From Eledone cirrhosa (taxonomy: Eukaryota): 64,000 bases of DNA. A program made the translations under genes and the position numbers. The stretch spans positions 420,484,001 to 420,548,000 of the forward strand of contig OZ024740.1 of NCBI GenBank assembly GCA_964016885.1, given 5' to 3'. Shown in pieces: positions 42,201 through 53,600 of the stretch (position 1 is the stretch's first letter; each line of letters starts with the position of its first letter). The notes beneath the pieces are model-generated. The model was not told the DNA's origin. It worked only from the letters and a program-made list of their open reading frames with translations, and did not search any database.

Positions 42201-44611
42201 AAATCTAAACTATAATAAAGTAAGGAGTGTGGGACTGCGTACGGTTTATAATTTTTTATCCCATTAGTAAAATAAGTTGGATTACTTTGAATAAATAATT
42301 AATGAATATTACATAATTTAACTACTAAATTTCGTAGATGTTGATTAAATATATTTTATTGGTTATTTAAAGATTCACTTCTTTAAAATTGTCAAATGTC
42401 AACACTTCCGGTTAGCGATCGCTTAAATAAACATTCATATATTTCCGTCACTAATTTTCTCCTAATGCAGTTTATATATAATATCGTCTTTTTTTAATGT
42501 ACCATGGATTACGTTACAGATTACATAAAACAGTGTAACACAGTCTTCATTCAATTTCTGTGTATATTGTCAATTATGATGTTATTTTATTATTATATCT
42601 ACATGCGTATAATATCAATATGCACACTACACATGCAAGCAGAAAACCACCCGAAGGGTGGTTTTTCTGCTAGTACCTATAATTTTTGACTTAGTATAAC
42701 ATAGAAAACTATATAGTTTCTTTAAAATACCTATAATTTTTTTTATTTACTATTTATACATCTGGATGGCAGCCTTACAATCCTGTATTTCATCAAACAT
42801 GATATCCTCCAATTAACTGTTATTTTATGAACTCTGTTCTTTATTTTAATTTCCTGTCAATCACTTCTTCACCTACTTATTCCTGACTAGCTTGTGGGAG
42901 CAGAGTCCTCGAACACTCCTTCCTGTAGGTCCTGTCAGAAGCAACCGTCTCCAATTGATTTGGCCGGATCCCGAAGCATGACCAGCCAAGCTCTATGGAT
43001 GTTATCCAACCATTTTGCTCAGGGTCTACCCCTGAGTCTCCTGCTGGTTGGTTTTGCCTGTAAAATATGTCCAGCGATTCTTTCCTGAGACATTCCAACC
43101 ACATGCCCATAATATCGGAACTGTGATCTGTCAATTCGGAGAAGTAGCGGCTCTACCTGGAGTGACTCTCTGATCTCCGAGCTACACACTTTATCAAGTA
43201 ATGTTACTCCAAAGATCCTTCAGAGGAACCCCATTTTAGCCACTTGTATTTGCGATTTTATTCTTTCAGTCAATCACCTTCAATCTAATTAATAAACTGT
43301 TTTCACATTATTGATCCTGTTCATTTATTTTTGTTTCCAAATATAGATTATTACCTCAAGTCCTGATTGCTCGGAGTCGTTCTTTGCTCAATGGTCAATG
43401 AAATGTCTACCAGAAGATGGTAAATATAAATGTATCGAGAATAGCAGTCCAAGTGATCAACACAAAGTTGATCTACTTTTAAACCAGTTTACAAATGGAG
43501 GGGAACATAAAAACAGGTAAGGACTTAAAACTTTTCAGCTAAATCACTTTTAATTTTAGTTGAATTTTATCTTTCATTAAAAATATGTCAAGAAAAGGGG
43601 TTAAATCCCATGATTGGTACTGCACTGTCAAAGGCCAAACTTTACTTGCTATAAATATATACACAATAAGATAAAACTAACCAATACAGAAGTAGAAGAC
43701 TTTTATTAACATATATTCTTTTACTAGAACTAGAAACATGCACCAACAGAAAGAAGCTTTACTACTAAAAGTGTTTTTTAAATATTTTTATTTTGTGTGT
43801 GTATGTGTACATCATCATCGTTTAGCGTCCATTTTCCACACTTGCATGGATTAGATGGCTTGTCATGTTATGAGACAAGTCAGGTCCAGAGACCATGTCC
43901 TGCTCATATGGATCTGTATTTTGGCTTGGTTTCTATGGCTGGATCCCTACCTAACATCAATAATATTACTGTGTGGACTGGGTGTTTTTTATTGTGGCAC
44001 TAAAACGACTATGTTACAGAGTAGACTGGGTGCTTTTTGTCATGTCACCAACACAATGTGTCCAACCCACACCCTACCCCATCCTCCCTCTCCCGTTCCA
44101 TCCACTGTGTCGATGACACAACAGTCCACACTGTAAGGTGGCCGTGTAGAAAACACGGTGAAAAGGCTCCCAGTCCACACTGTAAATGTGGTTGGTGTTA
44201 GGAAGGGCATCCAGCTGTAAAAAAAACCTGCCAGAGACGTTTCTGTGCGAGCGAGACATGGTCTCCCAACCATTCCCGCATCAAATGGAACAAAACCGCC
44301 TAACCCATGCTAGCGTGGAAGACGGATGTTAAACAATGATTATATATATTAGAGTACTCATTACCGAAGTAGAGTTTTAATATTCATTTTATTAAGGCTA
44401 AATAGTGATTCTTGTTAGTCTGGATTAACAGGCGAAACTCCAGAGTAACAAGACCCTTTATTTAGCCATAATAAAATGAATCATCATCATGATCATTCAT
44501 TTTCCATGCTTACATGGGTTAGATGGGTTGTCCATGACATGAGACAAGTCTGGCCAGATTGGCTGCACCGGACATTGCTCAGATGGAATTTCAAAATTTG
44601 GCCAGTGTTTT

Positions 44612-44650
<39 letters not shown>

Positions 44651-47600
44651 AGAAACATACTACAAACATGTATTATATCTGTCATAGAAAAAAGTCTCAT
44701 GTAATATAGTTTGTGATAATAAACCAGCTAAGTATAACGAGTGAGGTGGGAGGGTTGTGATAATGAACCAGCTAAGTATAACGAGGGAGGTGAGAGGGTT
44801 ATTTTAATTATGTTCAGTAAAAGTTAACAATGTGTCTAAAACTCAACTTGAATTCATGACAGTGTTTCATATTTTTTATGACTGAATGATATTGAAAAAC
44901 TATTTATTACATTACTATATTAATACTTCTTCTACACAGCATGGCTCGTTGGCATGAAATCTGTATGAATGCTCCATTTGCAATGCAAGAAGTTCTCTTT
45001 GCATGGGAACATGGTGCTTTATCTGCTGATAATGTTAAGGTAATTATTATTATTATTATTATGATTATGAAAGGGCGGTGGATTGGCAGTATCGGTAGAG
45101 GGTCGGCCGCCATGCTTTGAAGCATGGAGTTACCTCCCTTTATGATCTGAGTTCAAATCCCGCCGAGGTTAACTTTGCCTTTCATCTTTATCGGGTCGAT
45201 AAAATAAAGTACCAGTAATGCACTGGGATAATTGCTGGCCTTGTGCCAAAAGTAGAAACAATTATTATTATGAAATGGTCAGCCTACTGTCGTATATGTT
45301 GCAAATATCTAAGTTTTTTCTATGTGCTACATTCCTTTATAAAGTTTATATTTTTGAAAACTAATTTATCTTGAATATATATATATATCTGTATATCTAC
45401 TTTTTCTATAGAATATACTAGATTGTGTAAAGAAGAAGATGTGTTGTCTACCCGTAGTAGTATCAGCCTGGTTATGTAGTTATATGAACACTGTAGGAGA
45501 AGAAGCTCGGTCAAAACCTCATAATATGCTCGAACAACTCAGTCGAGTTAATCCTGATTCACAAGGACAATATCCTTCTGAAAATTATCATGAAAGGTAA
45601 TTATTGTTTTCCTGCTTTGTACCCAGTCTACTCTGTAAAGTGATTGTGTTGGTGACATGACAAAAAAACACCCAGTCCACTCTGTAAACTGGTTGTGCTG
45701 GTGAAATGACAAAAAAAACACCAGTCCACTCTGTAAACTGGTTGTGTTGGTGACATGACAAAAAAATATCCAGTCCGCTCTGTAAAGTGGTTGTGTTGGT
45801 GACATGATAAAAAACACCCAGTCCACTCTATAAAGTAGTTGTGCAGGTGCCACTACTAGGGAAGATGGAGCAATGAGTGTCACCCATTGCTCCATTTCCC
45901 CTAGTAGTTACTGGTGTTAGTCCAACAGGAGCCCGCTTATATCTCAACTAACCATCATATCTGGTGGTTGTATTGCTATCCACCACCTACAACCCATTCT
46001 CTATAAGAACAGCTTAATAACAATACAATCAAGGCCATGCATCTGGCATGTTACTCCTATTACTGTAATGGTGTCTTCTATGTTAAACTGACTCTCTTCT
46101 CTTGAGCAGCCATTTTTATGTTAAATGACAGTGAACATAATGCTAGTCTTAAACCTATTTTATAACACATGATATAAACAGATTCTGTTAACTATTGTTC
46201 TTCAGTTAACTGATTAATTGCCTGTATAAATTTTTTAGAATTAGAATTTTTTTATTTACTAATTTAATTTTATAATTTTTGTTTTTCTCCAAACAATTTT
46301 AGGTCTCATCTTATGAGCATAATTTTATGTAAGATGAGCAATGATATTTTACCTGCCTCAAGACGCTCTACTGCTCAGCAGTATATTCCTCCAAAGGCAC
46401 TACCAGGAAAAGTAATGGATGAGACAACACAAGCCATCTTTGAAAAAGGCTGGGTAGATTTACGAAGTCTCCATGCTTTAGAACAATTACTTAATTTATG
46501 TGGCTCCGATTGGTTTAGCGATAGACTTGTTGCAGTAAGTTTCTTTCTTTGTCATCCTTTTTGTTTTGTATTTGTTTTCTCAACATATATATATATATAT
46601 ATATATATCAGCAGTGTTAGTCGAGGGGAGTATAATAAGTAAGGCAATCAAGGATATGAAGACTGGTAAGGCGGCTGGGCCTTCGGAAATAGTTGCTGAG
46701 ATGCTGAAGGCATCTGGCACGGTGGGACACACCATGGTCACCCGCATAGTTAACCAAGTCGTACAGAATGGGGTTGTTCCGAAGGACTGGCATAGCAGCA
46801 TCATCGTTAACTGTTATAAGGGTAAAGGAGACGCCCTAGATAGGAGTAACTATAGAGGCATTAAATTAATCGACCAGGTCATGAAGGTCACGGAAAAAGT
46901 AATAGCGCAACTAATCAGAGAGAGAATTGATCTAGATGAAATGCAGTTCGGGTTTGTGTCAGGCAAAAGCACCACAGACGCTCTTTTCATAGTACGACAA
47001 CTACAGGAGAAGTACCTAGCTAAAGGTAAACCCCTCTACTTAGCTTTTGTCGACCTGGAGAAAGCCTTCGACAGAGTCCCCCGCTCCATTATCTGGTGGG
47101 CTCTTAGAAAACTAGGCGTTGACGAATGGCTTGTGAGGGCTATACAAGCCATGTATAAAGAAACAGTCAGCAAGGTTAGAATTAACAACGAATATAGTGA
47201 AGAGTTTAGCGTAAAAGTTGGCGTCCATCAGGGCTCTGTTCTCAGCCCCCTACTATTTATTATTGCCCTTCAGGCTATAACAGAGGAGTTCAAGACAGGC
47301 TGCCCATGGGAACTCCTATACGCAGACGACCTGACACTCATAGCGGAATCAATGGCCGAGCTAGAGAAGAAATTCCAAACATGGAAGCACGGCCTAGAGT
47401 CAAAAGGACTTAAAATTAACCTGGCTAAGACCAAAGTTCTAGTTTGTAGGAAAGAAAACAAGGCGGCGGTCCCTTCTGGGAAATGGTCGTGCTCGGTATG
47501 TAGGAAAGGCGTAGGTAGAAACTCCATCTTATGTCCTAAATGCAAAGTATGGGTGCATAAAAGATGTAGTGGGATCACAGGTAAGCTAACTAAGAACATA

Positions 47601-50600
47601 GACTTTACATGTGGCCGGTGTTCTGGTGCAATAAGTAGCAGCAAGTGCCCACAAAATACTAGCTCTTTCAATTGCGCAGAGGGTTTTATAGAAATAGTGG
47701 ACAGCTTCCGTTACCTGGGCGATAAAATCAGCAGTGGGGGAGGGTGCTCTGAAAGTACTGTAGCTAGAGTCAGAACTGGTTGGAAAAAGTTCAGAGAGCT
47801 TATACCACTATTAGCTGCTAAAGGGTTCTCCCTAAAAATGAAAGGCAGGTTGTACGATGCCTGCATACGAACAGCAATGTTGCATGGTAGTGAGACCTGG
47901 GCATTGTGTGCAGAGGATATACGCAGACTAGAGAGGAACGAAGCTTGCATGCTCCGCTGGATGTGTAACAGTAATATACGTGAACGGCAAAGCATAAACG
48001 AACTAAGGAAAAAATTAGAGATAAGAGGGATCAGATGTTGTTTACTCGAGAGAAGGCTGCGTTGGTATGGACACGTGATGCGCATGAAAGTCGATAGCTG
48101 TATTACAAAGTGCAGGGCAATAAAGATAGACGGTAGCCACGGAATAGGCAGACCTAGAAAAACATGGGATGAGCTGATAAACTCCGACCTCACACACTTA
48201 CACCTCTCCAAGACAATGTCACTGGACCGTGACCTTTGGCGGTACTCAGTAACAGAGAAGACCCGCCTTGCCAGTAGGCATCTCTAACAAAATACACCCC
48301 TCCCGCCGCCACCCCCACCCCATCCACACCACCCCGTTCTATGTAAAGTTATGTTGGTGCCGCGCCATCCAGGCCGAAACAAATGAGATCGTGTAGGTGT
48401 CACGACAAAAAAACACACAGTCCACGCTGTAATGTGGCCGTGTAGGCAACACGGTAAAAACCTCCCAGACCCACACTGTAAATGTGGTTGGTGTTAGGAA
48501 GGGCATCCAACTGTAGAAAACCTGCCAGACAGTCCTATGCGAGCAAGACAATCACTCTTGCCTCAAGTGGGACTACCCCCGTCCAAACCCATGCAAGCGT
48601 GGAACACGGACGTTAAACGTTGATGATGATGATGATGATGATATCATTCTTTCTTAGTTTTATGGTATGGTCCCATAACTCCTGAGAGAGTCGGGGCACC
48701 GTATTTACATGCAGCTTTTCTTGAGCATTTTTAATCCTGGTAAAGCCTATTCCTCTCCTGTCCTGAATACAACAGATTTCTTTCAGAGAAGGATAGAAAG
48801 TAAGAAAGAGATATATAGAGGAAGAATCAACCCCTGTGTTAGACTGGTACTTTTTTTATTGACCACAAAAGGATGAAAGGCAAAGTTGACCTCGGTGGGA
48901 ATCTGACATTCTAACACCTTTCTCGGTGTTATAATTGTACTTTAAATACAAATAAGGCTGTGATTTTGTTCTGTCAAGAGAGAGTGTATAATATATTGAA
49001 GGATTCTTTAAGTAGGTATGACTGGGATTAAGAAGTTTACTTCACAACCACAGTGTTCTGTCAAGAGAGAGTGTATAATATATTGAAGGATTCTTTAAGT
49101 AGGTATGACTGGGATTAAGAAGTTTACTTCACAACCACAGTGTTCTGTCAAGAGAGAGTGTATAATATATTGAAGGATTCTTTAAGTAGGTATGACTGGG
49201 ATTAAGAAGTTTACTTCACAACCACACTGTTCTGTCAAGGGGGAGTGTATAATATATTGAAGGATTCTTTAAGTAGGTATGACTGGGATTAAGAAGTTTA
49301 CTTCACAACCACACTGTTCTGGGTTCAGTTCCATTCTACAGCACATTAGACAAATGTCTTCTACCATAGACTCAAGTACCAATACTTTGTGAATGGAATT
49401 TGGTAAACAGATTATGTGAAGGTTCATTGTATATCTATGTAGTTGTATATTGGCAAAACATTGAAACATCTTTGATAAAGAACAAAAACAAAATGATGCT
49501 TTGAATAAATGTCCTGTGTAGTATTTGTTCTGCCCAAGTTACACAATCAATCCCTTGTCACTCTATTAGAATTGCAGTGATCCAGTCATTCACCTAATAG
49601 AACCCTGTAATCAATAATGCTATTGTTCAGCAAATGTGATATAAAATATAAATCATAAGTATCTTATTTCTATAAATTGATAATATACCTCTTCTCATTA
49701 CTTGCCGTATATTTGAATATTTAGTTAAATATATCTTGACATTGATTTTAAAATATCATTAGCCAATAAAATACATTTTCTTAAACATTGAATGAACTGT
49801 TTTTCATTAACATAAAGAATCCAACCTTTATAACTCTTGCTCTACATCTAAACACACAATTAACAGATTGTAATTTGCTGTTTCTTCAGATGATGTTAAC
49901 TGGAAACCGTCTAGAAGATTTATCCTTATCACTTAGTTTATCATTTGCTCTTTGTCACATGGACCTTGAGAACATCAGCCTAAGTCTGCTTTTACACACT
50001 CTTCCCAATATATTGAGTTCCCGACATAAAATGCATATGCTTGTCAACCCACGGGGTGCAATGTTAGCAAAGCTATGTGTTATGTGCATTGTGGGGGCTC
50101 AGATGGCTAAATCAAGTAGTAAAGGTGAGTTTGTATTTTATATAATCTTATTTGTTTTTTATAACAAGTGATATATATATGTTAGAAATGGAAGCACATG
50201 GCTTAGTGGTTAGAGCATTGGCCTTACAATCGAAAGGTTGTGAGTTCAATTCTCAGACCGGGTGATGTGTTGTTTCCTTGAGCAAGACACTTTATTTCAC
50301 ATTGCTCCAGTTTACTCAGCTGTAGAAATGAGATGATAGGGACTGGGGTCCCTATCATTCCACTGTAAAGTGGTCGTGGAGGTGCCACGGCAAAAAAGCA
50401 CCCAGCACTCACTGTAAATGAGGTTGGTGTTAGGAAGGGCATCCAGCTGTAGAAATCAAGCCAGAATCAGTTCCCGTCCCACCCTTGCAAGCAAGGAAAA
50501 AGTGGACGTAAAATGAAATGATGATGATGATGATGAAAGATGAGGGTGTAAACCATAGTTCGATTTATTTGCTACAAAACCTGATGCCAAAAAAGCATTC

Positions 50601-53600
50601 ACTCCACCCTGTAAGATGGTCATGCTGGTGGCATAACAAAAAAGCACCCAGTCCACTCTGTAAAGTGGTCATGTTGGTGTCACAACAAAAAGCGCCCAGC
50701 CCACACTAAAAAGTGGTCACATTGGTGTCACAACAAAAAGCGCCCAGCCCACACTAAAAAGTGGTCACGTTGGTGTCACAACAAAAAGCGCCCAGCCCAC
50801 ACTAAAAAGTGGTCACATTGGTGTCACAACAAAAAGCGCCCAGCCCACACTAAAAAATGGTTACATTGGTGTCACAACAAAAAGTGGTCACATTGGTGTC
50901 ACAACAAAAAGCGCCCAGCCCACACTAAAAAGTGGTCACGTTGGTGTCACAACAAAAAGCGCCCAGCCCACACTAAAAAGTGGTTACGTTGGTGTCACAA
51001 TAAAAAGCGCCCAGCCCACACTAAAAAGTGGTCACATTGGTGTCACAACAAAAAGCGCCCAGCCCACACTAAAAAATGGTTACATTGGTGTCACAACAAA
51101 AAGTGGTCACATTGGTGTCACAACAAAAAGTGGTCACATTGGTGTCACAACAAAAAGCGCCCAGCCCACACTAAAAAGTGGTCACATTGGTGTCACAACA
51201 AAAAGCACCCAGCCCACACTAAAAAATGGTTACATTTGTGTCACAACAAAAAGTGGTCACATTGGTGTCACAACAAAAAGCGCCCAGCCCACACTAAAAA
51301 GTGGTTACATTGGTGTCACAACAAAAAGCGCCCAGCCCACACTAAAAAGTGGTCACATTGGTGTCAACAAAAAGCCCACATTGTAAAGCAGTCGTTTTGG
51401 TGTCACAATAAAAAGCTCCCAGTTGACACTGTAAATGTGGTTGGCATTAAGGAAGGACATCCAGTTGTAAAAACCAAGCCAGAAACACTTCTGTATGAGA
51501 CCTTGACATAGTGATGATGGTCATTCCCATTGTTATCAATTTTATCACATTATCTTTATCAATAAATAACATTCTATAATTAAGCCAATATCAATATTTT
51601 ACCATTTCGTGTGTAAATTAATTTCTTTCTTATTTTTCTATTAATTTAAAATAATTGTTAATGTTATTTCATCGATATCAATATATTATTGTATCTATAT
51701 CAATATACTATTGTATCTATATTGATATATTATGGTATCTATATCAATATACTATTGTATCTATATTGATATATTATGGTATCTATATCAATATATTATT
51801 GTATCTATATTGATATATTATTATAACTGTATTGATATATTATTGTATCTATATCAATATACTATTGTATCTATATCAATATACTATTGTATCTATATCA
51901 ATATACTATTGTATCTATATCAATATACTATTGTATCTATATTGATATACTATTGTATCTATATCAATATACTATTGTATCTATATTGATATATTATTGT
52001 ATCTATATCAATATATTATTGTATCTATATCAATATACTATTGTATCTATATCAATATACTATTGTATCTATATCAATATACTATTGTATCTATATCAAT
52101 ATATTATTGTATCTATATTGATATATTATTGTATCTATATTGATATACTATTGTATCTATATCAATATATTATTGTATCTATATTGATATACTATTGTAT
52201 CTATATCAATATATTATTGTATTTATATCAATATATTATTGTATCTATATTGATATATTATTGTATCTATATCAATATATTATGGTATCTATATTGATAT
52301 ATTATTGTATCTATATCAATATATTATTGTATCTATATTGATATACTATTGTATCTATATCAATATATTATTGTATCTATATTGATATATTATTGTATCT
52401 ATATCAATATATTATTGTATCTATATCAATATATTATTGTATTTATATCAATATATTATGGTATCTATATTGATATATTATTATATCTATATCAATATAT
52501 TATGGTATCTATATCAATATATTATGGTATCTATATTGATATATTATTGTATTTATATCAATATATTATTGTATCTATATTGATATATTATTGTATTTAT
52601 ATCAATATATTATGGTATCTATATCAATATATTATGGTATCTATATTGATATATTATTGTATTTATATCAATATACTATTGTATCTATATTGATATATTA
52701 TTGTATTTATATCAATATATTATGGTATCTATATCAATATATTATTGTATCTATATTGATATATTATTGTATCTATATCAATATATTATTGTATCTATAT
52801 TGATATATTATTATAACTGTATTGATATATTATTGTATCTATATTGATATATTATTATAACTGTATTGATATATTATTGTATCTATATTGATATATTATT
52901 ATATCTATATTGATATATTATTGTATTTATATCAATATATTATTGTATCTATATTGATATATTATTGTATTTATATCAATATATTATGGTATCTATATCA
53001 ATATATTATGGTATCTATATTGATATATTATTGTATTTATATCAATATACTATTGTATCTATATTGATATATTATTGTATTTATATCAATATATTATGGT
53101 ATCTATATCAATATATTATTGTATCTATATTGATATATTATTGTATCTATATCAATATATTATTGTATCTATATTGATATATTATTATAACTGTATTGAT
53201 ATATTATTGTATCTATATTGATATATTATTATATCTATATTGATATATTATTGTATTTATATCAATATATTATGGTATCTATATTGATATATTATTGTAT
53301 TTATATCAATATATTATGGTATCTATATTGATATACTAGCAGTAAAGCCCGGCGTTGCTCGGGGTTGCTCAGTAGCTGTGTTAAAGTTACAATGTTAAGT
53401 TTCTTTTTTGGCTTAAAGTCTGTCTGCACGACTGTCTATCTGCACGCCTAACGAAATTTACAGATACATATATTTTAAATAAACTTATATAATTTTTGCT
53501 TTTTTTTACGAAATATTTGCTTGTTTTACGTAGTCTTTAAATAGACTTGTTTTCAAGTAAAAATATTGTTTTAAATGGCTTTTAAATGGAAATGAAGCAA

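Noticed and set aside
46566-48287. Autonomous or domesticated RT gene
   Set aside because: It is 5'-truncated, with no endonuclease domain or native start. The open frame is explained by recent insertion.
50190-50270. tRNA genes (also 59472, 45072, 34540)
   Set aside because: A/B boxes are present but there is no intact cloverleaf, and each continues into a SINE body.
50640-51420. CRISPR-like array (also considered for the 39-, 31-, 44- and 87-bp repeats)
   Set aside because: These are head-to-tail tandem repeats without unique spacers, with no cas genes, in a eukaryotic intron.
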